From: Octopus vulgaris
Lineage: Eukaryota
Direction: 5' to 3'
Length of the DNA: 64,000 nt
NCBI GenBank assembly: GCA_951406725.2
Contig: OX597834.1
Location: 62,001-126,000, forward strand
The notes beneath the pieces were generated by a model. That model saw only the letters and a list, made by a program, of their open reading frames with translations. It was not told where the DNA came from and searched no databases. Every line of letters begins with the position of its first letter. Position 1 is the first letter of the stretch. The position numbers and the translations under genes are program-made. This document shows, piece after piece, positions 13,607 to 27,198 of this stretch.

Positions 13607-14945
13607 CATACACACACATATATGTAATAAAAATAGTAATATCAATTGGTTTTTGTTAAGTTATTGTTTGAAGAAACAATGGAAACAACGGCAACAGCAA
13701 CAACAACAATAATAATAATGATAATAATAATAATAATAAATAATAATTTAAAATAAAGCTGCTATTTATTTTAATTAGGTTGGTGACTTGAACCACATTA
13801 CCTATTGCATGCTGGGAAGTCAATTGAATGAAGAGAGTAAAGAATTGGTTTTGTAAGTTATTAAAACTTCTAATTATTCATCAATCTTAGATTGAATTGA
13901 TTAAGATATAGTTAGTTGTGCATAGGATAGAATAAAATATTAACAGAAGTGAAGTTTAGGAATGACAGAGTTGAATATGACTTATTTAATGCTGTAGATT
14001 TTAGACTGAAGAATTCATCGTTAATGGAGAAATATGTTGACTGCATTTGGACAATGTCTGCACCGAAATCACCAAATAAAGTTAGACTCAATTCTATTCT
14101 CTCCTTTTTCTTTTTTTTTTTGCCTTTCTCTTTAAACCTTTCATTTTTATCCTTATTTTTTTTAAAAAACTATTTTAAAACTTTTATTTGTGTCTTATTT
14201 AATAATATTTATAGTTTGGAGTTTAGTATGTCCGCACGTCGCTCACTCCGTAATGGATAAAACAGGTTAGAGTCAAATAGTCGTAGGATAGGGAAATAAA
14301 AAGGAGATTGTAATATAATACAATAAGAACACACCAATTAGTAGAACAGTTAATTAAGATAATTATATAGATATATATAAAAAATCATAACTAACCATTT
14401 TGAGAGGAAATATTTCATCAAATTTTGGACTCTAAGGAGAGTGACTGCTTTAGGACAATTAATGGAAAAGGATCATTCAAATTTTAAATAATTAACATCC
14501 ATTAAAATTTCCAGATAAAAACGATTCTGTTACACAGAGTTACTAGGCAATATTAATGGAAGTAGATTAATTGATTAATTATTTCATTAAATTACAATCA
14601 CAGCCTCTTTTTTTTTGTTTATTTCTTAGCAAAAGCTCCACATTTTTTTTTTCTGCGGAGCATTCAGCATTTTGGATGTTTTTTTTTTCACTTTTTTTAA
14701 ATAATAATTCTCATTGGATGGTGATTTCTCACTAATATTGGGAGAAACATTTATAAGTGGAATTATTCCTGAAATAAAAGTCAGATGAGTAGATATTTGA
14801 AATGTGTGTGTGTGTTTATGTTTGATGTCTTACTAGCTTGTCAGGTAGGCAGGCATATTTTGGCAGGGCAGATTTCATGTTGTTTCAGAAAGTGGTCACT
14901 TGTTTAACCTTTCAGAAATCTTCACAACAAACAACATTAAATTGC

Positions 14946-15018
14946 CTATATATGTATATATGCATATACATACATACATACACACACACATGTATATAAT
15001 CACACACTCTATATACAT

Positions 15019-15051
<33 letters not shown>

Positions 15052-15151
15052 ATATATATATATACATATATATATATACATACATATATATATACATACA
15101 TATACATATATATATATACATACATATACATATATATATACATACACATAC

Positions 15152-15183
<32 letters not shown>

Positions 15184-15407
15184 ATATATACATACATATA
15201 CATACATATATATATACATACATATACACACATATATATATACATACATATACACATATATATATATACATACATATACACATATATATATATACGTATA
15301 TATATATATACATATATATATATACACATATATATATACATATATATATACACATATACATATATATATATACATATACATATATACATATATATATATA
15401 TATACAT

Positions 15408-15442
<35 letters not shown>

Positions 15443-15721
15443 AATGTATACATATGCATATATATATATATATATATATATGTATACATATGCATATATA
15501 TATAAGTATATATAAATGTATACACACACACACACACATTTACTCACACACACATATCTATGAAAAGCCAGATTTGGCAAACCACTGATGTTAGTCACCT
15601 TATAAAAAATATATATGCACTCACACACATATATATTCATACATGCATACATATATAAGTGCGTGTGTATGTATATATATATATATATATACACACACGT
15701 ATACATATGTATTATATATGT

Positions 15722-15766
<45 letters not shown>

Positions 15767-16080
15767 CACACGCACACACATATATACATTTATATATATA
15801 TATACATACTACTCAATATATGCATGTATTATATAAGTGTACATATGTGTGTGTGTGTATTAATGTATATGTGTATAATACGTAAATACATACACACATA
15901 TACACATTATATATGTCTGTGTACACATTGTGTATGTTTGCACACACATTACAGTACAAATACACACACACATATATTTAGCGTATGCTATATATATGTA
16001 TAACAAAAATATCAACACATATCAACTATATCCATTTATGTATGTATGATATACAATAATATGTATATAATGTACATAAA
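14946..16080. repeat. ~1.1-kb compound (TA)n/(CA)n/(TACA)n microsatellite block
   Basis: Continuous low-complexity dinucleotide sequence; source of the spurious YI/CV ORFs. Confidence 0.95.
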
Positions 16081-16937
16081 TGGGAGAACATATACAAATA
16101 TTGTTTGTGTGTGAATACATATATACATTTCTAATGATCACGCAACTTATAGAGACTGGTAATTCAGCAGCAAATATAGTAGTAGTAGTAGTATTAGTAG
16201 TAGTAGTAGTAATTGAAAATAAAAGATCTTTAAGAAAAAAAAGTTATTTAAATAAAATTGTCTACATCTTTGATAATTATCTAGATGTCCTTTTTTTTTT
16301 CTACAGAATATTTATTTCGTATCTACATTTCTACAGATCCAACTAGAATTATTTGGTAATGGATTTCTTAAAAATTTTGTTATATTTTTTTTTGCCCCTA
16401 CCATAAATGATAAATATACCTAAATAAAGATAAAAATAAATAGCAATTTCAATAAATTTGCTGAATTGAAAAAGTGATAGAGTTTCTAGTGTAACATTTA
16501 TGATAACATTTCATGTTTTAGCTGTATGGTTTCTAATGGCTTCACCCCATGCAATATGAGCAACAATAGAACTCAACATGTATATATGACTGAACATCTC
16601 TGATGAGCCAGTTCCTAACATAATGTCATATCACAGATATTGTCCAACCGCACAATTCTCACCTTTCTTCAAAGGCTTCAACAGCCATCACACAATTCAA
16701 ACAGGTTGGAACATTTTGTATAAATCAAAAATAATTTTTCTTCAATAAAAGATCTTTGAGGGTCAATGTTATATCTTCCTTTCTTTTAAACCAAAAAAAA
16801 ATAGACATTTTTATTTAATAATATAAAATAATTCTTTCAATTTCTCCCACTACAATTTAGATACAATAATATTGCTTGGAACTTTAGGAAGCGAACATTA
16901 TTATTATTACTATTATTATAATTATCATTATTATTAC

Positions 16938-16990
<53 letters not shown>

Positions 16991-17040
16991 TGAAACTTTC
17001 CCATATATGACGTGTATAAAATTAAATTCTATTAACTCTA

Positions 17041-17200
17041 AATGTAGATGTGACTGAATGGCTAAGAAGTTCGTTTCATGATCAAGTAATTCCATTCCTC
17101 AGAGCAGCAGCACTTTGGACAAGTTTCATGCACCATAGTATTAGATTGACCAATACCATATTAGCATTTGCTAGACAGAAGCTGTGCAGAAGATCACTAT
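17041..17200 (+). mobile_element. Old tRNA-derived SINE remnant
   Basis: Degenerate match to the head and body of the SINE at 26171. Confidence 0.5.
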
Positions 17201-17220
17201 ATACATACATACATACATAC

Positions 17221-17288
<68 letters not shown>

Positions 17289-17405
17289 GGAAAGATGCAT
17301 ACAAATATAAAAATATATGCATGTATATATATGCACATATATATATACACACACACATATAAATATATTGGGACACACACATATACAAATATATGTATGT
17401 ATGCA

Positions 17406-17452
<47 letters not shown>

Positions 17453-17696
17453 CTGATATAAATCAGCAAAGGATATAAAATGTGTGAGAAAAGTGCAAAA
17501 GTCTACTTTTGAAGTAAAGTTACCAGCTGCTATTTATTCTGCACCAAGTTCTAGCCACTCCCTTGTTACTTACACCACCAGAAATACAGTGAACCAGCGA
17601 TTGGTCCATTGGAGATCTGTAATCAATATGAGTGTTCATAAATTGCAATATGAAATAAATAAAAAGAACTAATTATTTCTAAAATGAAATCAAAAG

Positions 17697-17830
17697 TAAA
17701 GAGAGAGAGAGAGGGAGAAAGAGAGAGAGAGAGGGGGAGAAAGAGAGAGAGAGAGGGAGTGAGAGAGAGAAAGAGAGGGAGTGAGAGAGAGAAAGAGAGA
17801 GAGAGAGAGAGGGAGAAAGAGAAAGAGAGA

Positions 17831-17877
<47 letters not shown>
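17697..17877. repeat. (GA)n-based polypurine tract
   Basis: About 180 nt of almost pure G/A on the plus strand. Confidence 0.95.
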
Positions 17878-19691
17878 CATAAGGTCTGTTGAGGTGAAAA
17901 GATTTACTCAAGTGGCAGGATTGTGGATGAAAAATGAAATGAAATTTTAAAAAAGCCTCTACTTAAATAACGAAAGTATTTTCACATTGATTCAGTCTCC
18001 CTTATTCAATTACTAAACAGTTTCTACATGATCCACTAATTGCTTACTCAGATAAAAAAATGGTAAGTATCTATAACTATCTAGTAGTAGTAGTAAGAAC
18101 AAGAACAACTACAATTTGTAACAACTAACCTTCAACTGGAATTTGAATATATATGTGTGCGTGCACGTGTTATTGTAACTTGTATGTACGTATGAGGGTG
18201 TATACATGCATGTGTACACATATATACATCCTTGTGTGTATATGTATACATGCACACACACACACACACACAGAGAAAATTAACTTCACGTCAGTAATAC
18301 TTGCTAAAGTAGTTAAAACTTGATAAATGTAGGTTTACAGATTATTTCATTCATTTTGGATAAGCTAGAACAGCTATCAGATATCTGGAATATTATTTCA
18401 ATCTGTAGAGTATTCACTGGTCTGGAATGACAGTCACCTAAATGAAATTCCAGAACAGTTCATTCAGTAGAGAGCTGACAAAGTTTGTGCGATAAAGGGT
18501 CCTGTTTCACAGTTTGCTTATTTCAAAAATCCCAGCTATCCCTTGATGCTAATTCAGGGTTAGGATTACTAAATGAACAAAGTTTATTTTGCAAGATGAG
18601 TCTCTGAAAGATTGACAAAGAAATACTAAATAAAATGGCAAGAAACTGCCATATTATCTTCTGGCAGGATAAGAGAAGGCTGTGTTAAGCCAATTATTGG
18701 CTTAAATGGTAATCCCTCCACAGAGAAACAATATACTTGTTTGTTTGTTTTTTTATTTTTATTTTAATTATCCAATCTTGAAATAATCTGCTGAGAAAAA
18801 AACTTAATACAGCTATTATCAAAAATTAATATTCTTAACTTTTGTATTATTTTACCTCAATATAGAACGATGTTGAGGTCTACAGACATTATTGTCTAGC
18901 CTAAAAATAATTATGTTGTCAGGGACAATTGATAACTGATTGCTTGTTATTAAAGGTTAGATTTAAAAGATAAATAAATATGCTACATATATTTTATCCA
19001 CTGACTAGGTACCCTGCCATCACACAATTATTAGAAGTAACTAATCTATATTAAATAGGAGAAATATGTAATTAATCTATTAATTATATCAAATGTTTAA
19101 AAAGATCCTTGAAGTGAGTGCCATAAAATTATGTAAAATTTGCAATGATAATTTTGATGATTCTTTATGGAAAACAAAACCTTTTGATGCAGATAAAATT
19201 CTACCTAGTTTAGTTCTGACAGCCTTGCTATTTCAGTGAAGCAAGAAATCTGTTAGAACACACACTAGCAAAAATACTAGGAATGTTTTAAAAATTAATA
19301 TTTTCTTTTATTTATTAATCTTTTTTTGTTAACGTACCTCTCTGCCTGTTTTTAGTTTTAGGTACCTGTACCCTGTTTATAAAATAAACTATCAGCATGA
19401 ACGATAAATAATGTGTTTAATGTTAGATGTAGTTTAAAAGTTACGTGACCAATTAGAAATGTACATTTGTATTGGAAGAAACACAAAAAAGCTGTTAAAA
19501 AAAAAACTAAGAAAAGGCAACTGCCATTATCGCAAGACTGAGGCACAGGAATAATGGTAAAACCTCTTTGTGTAATGGACACATTCACCAACTTTCTTGA
19601 CAAAACAACGAAACATGGAACAGTAAATTATTTAGCACTGAAGAAGAAAAAAAATTAGAAAACAGTTTGCACAAAATGAATGGTGTGTATA

Positions 19692-19736
<45 letters not shown>

Positions 19737-20860
19737 TTGTGATATGTGAATGGTTGTTGTAAATGTATTTCCGCCAAGTTTGACACCGTTTACCTCGTGC
19801 TAAGACTTGTGTTTTTTTATAACACACAGTTTACCTTTCCAAACGATGATCATTACAGAAAAATAACAACAACAACAACTTCTTAAAAAAATTTTTAAAA
19901 TAGACAAGAATGAATAGGGAGTGGGTAGTGCCTGTATTTAAGAAATGGTGGAACCCAGAAAATAAAAAAAAATAAAAAATGATACATATTGTATATCAGG
20001 GATTTAAAAAAAAAAAGATATTTTTTTAGTGTTTTTCAAGGTGAGAACTAAGATGGGTTTTAGTTTGAAGGAAAGGTGCATTGTTGATTTTTATTTAATT
20101 TTTTTTCAATAACATTTAATTTGAAAATGAGAGAAGAATGGTAACAAACTTTCAAACTTAGAATACATAGAATGTTAGGTAGCAATTAATTAAAAGAACA
20201 AACTATAATTAATTTGTTTCTTTATCATCTTTAATAATAATTTCTTCTGCTTCGGCCCAAGGCCCACATTACAAGGGGAAATGGTAGAGATTATTGACCT
20301 GTTACTAGTATTCACAGAAACATTCACAAAGATCAATCCCACCAGGATGTGAATACTAACACAAGGTATTACCCCTAGATCAATAAACTATCTCAATCTG
20401 CATTTCCTCATCTACAACAATTCATTTAAATTAATGATAATAATAATAATAATGATCATCATCATCGTGATGATTATGGTCATAAGAGTAAATAATAGCA
20501 ATAATAATTTCTTTTGATGAGGCACCATGCCAATGTTTGTAAGGAGAGGGAGAAGGAGAGCGGGAGGTATATAGTCAATTGCACCAATATTCTACTGGTA
20601 CCTATTTTATTGACCCTGGAGGGATAAAAGACAAATTCAAACTTGGTTTGATTTGAAACCGAATAACAGCACACACTGAACTCAATACAGCAGAGCATTA
20701 TATGGATTCCACTGTCATAATTCTCATGATAATGATAATGATGATGATTTAGATGAAAATGATTATTTTGATGAAGTTGATGGTAATGGCGATTATTTAT
20801 GTGTGAAAACTCAGCTTTTTTTTTGTGAAGAGGTATTGAAAAATAGATTTCTAAATAATG

Positions 20861-20919
<59 letters not shown>

Positions 20920-21224
20920 CATCATCATCATCCAGAAAGTCATCAATACAACTTAAGAACAGAAAGCATAATTAAACTGGGTACAATACCAATACTGGGT
21001 AGCAACAGAATAACAACAGCAACAATAATAATGCTGTTGGCAGTAATAATAATAATAATAATATTGACTTTCGCAATTCAAATAACTAATTTTGTAAATG
21101 AAGAAGTGCAATTAGGTCCAGTAACCTTGGTCTGTAGAGTTATTCAGACAAGTGAAACACAGGAGCTTGGATATTCTCGTAAAGCAACAGTGACACTTTA
21201 GTAACTGAGATATCACCACTGCCT

Positions 21225-21302
<78 letters not shown>

Positions 21303-21618
21303 GACGCCCCAACAATTAACATTAACATTAACAATAACAGTGATTAGATAATATTTAACATCAATATAAATTAAACAATAAGTTAATGTTTTTTTGCAAG
21401 GAAAAAAAAACAAACAAAACATTATTGGCAGGTGAGGTAGTGAAAGTAATTCTGGCTGCAAGATTTCATGACCTAATTACCTTTAATTAATTTCTTAATC
21501 ACTTTGCATTTCTGATTAACTGAAGAAAACAAAGAAATACAAAATCTTATGATTTGAATTCACTGAAACATTGCAAACTTTAATTTACCTAAAATTAAAA
21601 TATTCATCATCATCATCA

Positions 21619-21663
<45 letters not shown>

Positions 21664-22620
21664 TAGTAGATGTTGCACATTATACCTGCTTAGCAGAATA
21701 TAGACCCATATATCATGGTGGCTACCAACACGATCATCATCATCATCATCATCATCATTATTGCTGATTTGGTTTTAATATCCTGTTATTTATTTTTATG
21801 AATATTTTAATTCTGTGTAGATTTGCGAATAAACATTTGGGGGCAGGGTGGGGGTAATACAAGATGGGCGTGGCTAGCTGGCAGTTGTTAACATGAGGTG
21901 GGAACGTTGGTTTCGTTTATTCTTTATTTTATTTTATTATTATTTTTTTTAAAAGCAGAAATAGCAGAACACAACTGGATTTAATTGACAACTAAGCTTA
22001 AAATTTAGAGTTGGGAGGACATATTTAGTCAAAAATGGCAGATGGAAGAAGAAAAAAAAGTTAAAAAAAAACAAAAACAATTTTGTTGTTGTTGTTATTG
22101 TTAAAGAGCGATCATTTTTGGACATGAACTTATTGATGACGTATCAATTTAACCATTTTTAAGGATCATGTAAAAACATTTTTATCTTTATAAGACACAT
22201 TAAATGTGTCACAACATTCTTCCCCATAACAAGTTACATTATCACCTGTCTCCTTTGGAGACAACCAGCTCTTTAATGCAATTTTGAATTAAAGCTTTTC
22301 TTTTTTTTTTTTCTGGTTTCATTCACAGGTCTAGCACATGCAAATTTTATCAATGATTGACACTGTGGCCAACAATTTAGATACCCAGGTACTACCAGCT
22401 AGAATCCAACATAGGGACACACTTTCAACAAGAATTAGATTTCTAAACTCATAGCACTTGGCAAATAACTGTCCAGTAATTATTCCTGGTCACTGCCAAT
22501 GACAAGTTACAAATCCAATAACAACAGTTCTGAAATCCAGTGTCTGTGGTCGTGTGAAACCACAGGTGAACTGTGCAGCAGAATACAAAAATACAATAAA
22601 TTCCTAAACATCTGGTTACC

Positions 22621-23492
22621 TTAACACCAGTCATCGTCTTCATCTGAATCGTGACGAACAGGGCCACCTGTGCCATCTCCACACATGTCCAAATTTTCTG
22701 GTTTACGCTTCTTTGGTTTGAATCCATTTGGTAAAGTTTCAGTACGTCGATCTGACATGTGAACACTTAGAGATGGATCTTCAAAATAGCGTCCTCTGTT
22801 ATTTATGCGTGGATCAAACGTTCTACTTCTGTGTGAAACATAAGGGTCTACTGCTCTACTAAAATCCCTGTTGCTAGTCCTTTGAGTAGCAGGTAAAGTT
22901 CTACTTCTTTCAGGACTTAATTTACTTAAACTATTCCTTTCTGTTGGACTATAGGGCTCTGGTCGACCAAGTCGTCCTAAAGGAGGGGCCTGTCCAACTG
23001 TAGGTCCTATTCTTGGAATGTGAGTAGGTGATGCATTTAGTCTAGGGAAGTTTATGCTACCAGGGCTCTTTGATGGCTGTGGGACAGTTGGTGATGGCAT
23101 AACCCGAGGCATATTGTCACGGGGTCGAGTTTGAGCAAGGTTTAAAGTTGAAGGCTTGCTGGGAACTGCTGGTAGTTTACGAGTAGCTTTTCTTGGCTGT
23201 GTCACTGTGGGACCAGGGCTTGGACTTCTTGATCGGTCCGTTAAGTTTGCAGATCCATAATATTCATGTTGATGTAGCATGGGTGTTGGAGTGAGATTTG
23301 GGGAAGGGCTTCTAGAACGGTTTTCTAAGGATGTAGATCTGTAGAATGTTGGCTCTTTTCTCCGAGCTGTTGGACTTGGAAGAGGTGAACCAAGTATCTG
23401 CCCCTGCTGCTGTAGTGGGGGTCTGTGACGACCACGACTTCTTCCACGCATTTGAGGAGAAGTAGGAACACTAAGGCTGTCATCGTGTTTTC
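22621..23492 (-). CDS. cac: Cav2 voltage-gated calcium channel alpha-1 subunit (cacophony/UNC-2/CACNA1A-B-E orthologue), terminal coding exon
   Basis: Acceptor ttcctaag| at 23494-23493. Phase-1 entry G|GA gives GKHDDSLSVPTSPQ, in frame with ORF 22621..23451. Encodes RSRSPSP repeats, an RKLPAVP SH3-ligand motif (cf. vertebrate RQLPQTP, RIM-BP site) and ends SDEDDDWC*, the D/E-D/E-W-C PDZ ligand diagnostic of Cav2. Confidence 0.93.
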
Positions 23493-23777
23493 CTTAGGAA
23501 GACAAAAAAAAAGACAGAAATATTAACATTCAACAATGTAAAACAAGATTTATTGATGACGTATCAATAACGTATCAATACATTAACTGCATCTTAAAAT
23601 ATATACAAAATATACCACAGTGATACACATAGATACATAAACCCAATGCATATAGCTGAAACTTCAGAAACCCTTACACAAGTTGCTCATGAGACAATTT
23701 CAGCTCCCAATAAAAGAAAATATACAAACTCAATCTTCAGTACTTTTCAACTGCGCGCATGTGTGATATATATATAT

Positions 23778-25065
23778 ATGGTCATCCTATAAGTTCTGTC
23801 TGAATTTTGAATAAAGAAAACAAGTGATCAAATGTTATATTTAATTGAAATTTAATCATCAATGTACTTTCTCTGATTATCTATGACTTCCTTCCATCTA
23901 TTTACAAGCTTTTTAATCCCATCAATGTAAAACTCTTTTGGTTTCAAAACAAAGAACTCTGAAATGTCAGTTTTGACTTCCTCCTTGCTTGCGAAAGTTA
24001 TGTTCCCCCAAATGATTCTGTAAAGTATGAAACAAATGGTAGTCTGGAGGAGCAAGGTTGGGAGAATAAGGTAGATGAGGAATTTTTTCCTAACCAAGCT
24101 CTTCAATTTTCTGTGATGTGATCTTTGCAGTGTGGGGTCACACATTGTCCTGATGAAACATCACTCCTTTTTGATTCACTAAAGCGTTTTGTTTTTCTTC
24201 AAAGCTTGGTTCAAACGCTCTAATTGCTGACAGTAGACTTGAGCATTGATTGTTGCATTCGGTGGTAACAGTTCAAAGTGAATTACTCCTTTGCAATCCC
24301 ACTAGATAGAGAGAAGAACCTTTTTCCCATGAAGTTCCCTTCTTGGTTGTGGTTGAGCCTTTTCCCTTTTACCAAGCCACAGTTTACGATGTTTAACATT
24401 TTGATAGAAGATCTGTTTTTCATCACCAGTCACAAGTCGATCCAAAAAGGGTGAAATGAGTTCGCGAGAATGGAGAGAAAAGCAGATGTCAACTCGGGAT
24501 TTGTGGTTACTTTCGGACAATTCATGAGGTACCCATTTTCCAAGTTTTATGGACCTTTCCAAGTAGTTGAAGATGATGAATAATTATATGGTTTGAACTA
24601 AGTTTTATTGCCAATTCTTCAACTAATAATGCAGGATTTTCTTCAAGTAATGCCTCAAGGAGCTTATCATCAAACTCAACTGGACGTCCTGTTCGATCTT
24701 CATCTTCAAGGCTGAAATCTCCACTTCTGAATTTTGCCAGCCATCTTCTGCAAGTTCTTTCATTCTAGCATTCTTTCCCATAAACTGAGTGAATGTTTCA
24801 AGTCGCTTCGGCTGCAGAGTTTCCTTTTTTGTACTCATAAAGCATTATGTGCCTCAAATGCTCTTTGGATACTTCCATGTTAGAAAGGGTTTTAATCGAA
24901 TAAATTTTAATTCTATTATTCTGTAAAATAATATTTAATTAGTTTAAATGTACACAAATGCATAAAAATGATTTTTAATTCCATTAGACATTCTATAAAT
25001 ACTATTAAATTTCATTCAATTTTAAAAAAGGTAAAATCGGACAGAACTTGTGGGATGACTTGATA
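23778..25065 (-). mobile_element. Near full-length mariner (D,D34D) transposon with disrupted transposase
   Basis: About 30-bp TIRs (ggtcatcctataagttctgtctgaatttt / aaaatcggacagaacttgtgggatgacttga) in TA context. ATG at 24878 (MEVSKEHLRHIMLYEY); WVPHEL, LVTGDEK and YSPNLAPPDYHLF motifs lie in different frames; stop at 23852. Length about 1.29 kb. Confidence 0.92.
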
Positions 25066-25066
25066 C

Positions 25067-25106
<40 letters not shown>

Positions 25107-26007
25107 CAATGTTGATATGCAGAACCACTGCTTTTACTCATTTTTTTACTCTGCAACAGCAAATAATAGTCAAAGGAAATCCATAGCAGAGATGATTGCC
25201 AATACTACAGAAACTAAAAGATTCAGTGTTTGGTGCCAGATGCCTGTGAATAATAGTTTAACAAATGAATAAGGGATGGAATAAAATAATCAATGGAACA
25301 GAGTCGATCGATTCCTGTTGGATGAAAGAAAGAGTGAGTGGGACTGGATTTGAACTCACAGCAGTGATACATCAAATTAGATCCACTACTCTCAATAAAC
25401 ACAAGTCTTTATTATTGTCCCAAATACTCACTCCACCACTCCATTCACTCACTGATACATCAATTCCATGAAACACACAATGTCTCACATCCATGTTCAA
25501 AAGTTTAACAATGTAACTGTAAAATGGATGAGGTTACCCTGCAGAATGTGAAGTGAGAGTAGAAGTGATGGACAAACACAGACACTCACACACTTTAATA
25601 TAATTTCAAAGATGCCTTGCCCCATTCCATGCTGTATGTCAGATGACAAGTTATGAAGTATACCAGTGATACAGCCTAGAATCACAATATTTTAACTTAC
25701 TGCTGTGTATGGTTGGTCATCAACTTATCAAATAAAACAGAACTTCTTGGATGAAATCTCTATCTTACATAATACACACACACACCACACACACACACAC
25801 ACACACAAAGAATATATACGTGTACTGTTAAGCATGACACACAAAGTTCAGGCTGCTTCTGTGCTGAATATGTACCATGCAATAGTATTAATGAAATACA
25901 GAAAACATACATAGATGCTAGTTTATGATTTATAAAACATACACATCGAAATATATTTATGTTTTATAAAGCATAACATACATTTTCTGTACTTCATTAA
26001 AACTATA

Positions 26008-27198
26008 TACAAGGTCCATTCCAGAAGTTTTGTGCCTCTTTTTTAAGAGAGACATTGTTGTTGTAACTGTTGTAATACCATTACAACACATTTAAAAATG
26101 CTGACCTGGCAACTTTTGTTATTCCAGATGGAAGAAGCTGTAACAACAATTTGAACACATTTTACTAAATAGGCGCAGGAGTGGCTGTATGGTAAATAGC
26201 CTGATTATCAACCACATGGTTCTGGGTTCAGTCCCACTGCATGGCACCTTGCGCAAGTGTCTTCTACTATAGCCTCAGGCCGGCCAAAGCCTTGTGAGTG
26301 GATTTGGTAAACGGAAACTGAAAGAAGCCTGTCATATATATGTGTATGTATATATATATGTATGTGTGTGTGTGTTTGTCCCCCAACATCGCTTGACAAC
26401 TGATGCTGGTGTGTTTACATCCCCGTAACTTAGCAGTTCAGCAAAAAAGACCGATATGATAAGTACTAGGCTTATAAAGAATAAGTCCTGGGGTCCATTT
26501 GTTTGACTAAAGGTGGTGCTCCAGCATGGCCGCAGTCAAATGACTGAAACAAGTAAAAGAGTAACTGCTTGTCACAGCTGACTAATTTTGAGACTGCAGT
26601 TGGAACCTGAACACAATACAGAATCTTGCCATACAATCAAGTTTTGTGCTAAACTGGACAAAGACGATGAAATGCTGCAGACTGGTCATGGATTAACTTG
26701 CACAAGCCAAGCATCTATTTTTCACTGACACAAGAGGCCATGCAAAGCAAATGCATTGGGAAGCTCATGATGACCCCTTTTTTTGGTAGCAAGGGCATCA
26801 TCTACATCCACTTTGTAGAGGTTTTGTGGGAATTCACAAAGAGATTTCAACTCAAAAGGGCCAGAGCACCTACACCAGGACGATGCATTAATCCACATCG
26901 GTTCCATCCTGGTAACCAACTCCTTGATAGAGATGGGCATCAAAACAGCCCCTTACCCTCCCTACAGTCCTGACATTCACCCCTCAAGCTGAAAGAAAAG
27001 ATGAAGGAGACCATGACAAGGGTCCCAGACACCTTCATTTTGAAGGACTTCAATAGGGCTTTCATGAGGTGGCTGCGGTGCTACAGTGAGCATTTTGAAA
27101 TCAGAAGCTCAAACTTTGAAGGACATTAGAGTTTTGTACTTCTTTGAAATTAATGTCTCTCTTGAAAAAGTCTCAAAAATTCTGGAATGCATGACATA
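26008..27198 (+). mobile_element. Internally deleted mariner-family element interrupted by a SINE
   Basis: TIR cores cattccagaagtttt / aaaaattctggaatg with TA. Remnants IKFCAKL, GKLMM.PFF..KGIIYIH and PYPPYSPD. Confidence 0.7.
26171..26564 (+). mobile_element. tRNA-derived SINE (octopus-type), near full length
   Basis: A-box-like gtggctgtatggtaa, B-box-like gggttcagtccc, central (TA/TG)n, and tail ccagcatggccgcagtcaaatgactgaaacaagtaaaaga. Confidence 0.85.

Larger units (their letters stand above)
6965..22620 (-). other. Putative long 3' UTR of Cav2 (distal end uncertain)
   Basis: Follows the stop codon and lacks RT- or transposase-bearing insertions for about 15.6 kb. Minus-strand AATAAA at 6987-6982 is followed by a U/GU-rich tract at about 6959-6935. 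Confidence 0.4.

Noticed and set aside
7485-17950. Many long ORFs rich in YI/CV/HT/ER/LS
   Set aside because: Translations of (TA)n, (CA)n and (GA)n microsatellites; no splice or protein evidence.
26171-26250. tRNA-like A/B boxes
   Set aside because: Head of a SINE; no complete cloverleaf.
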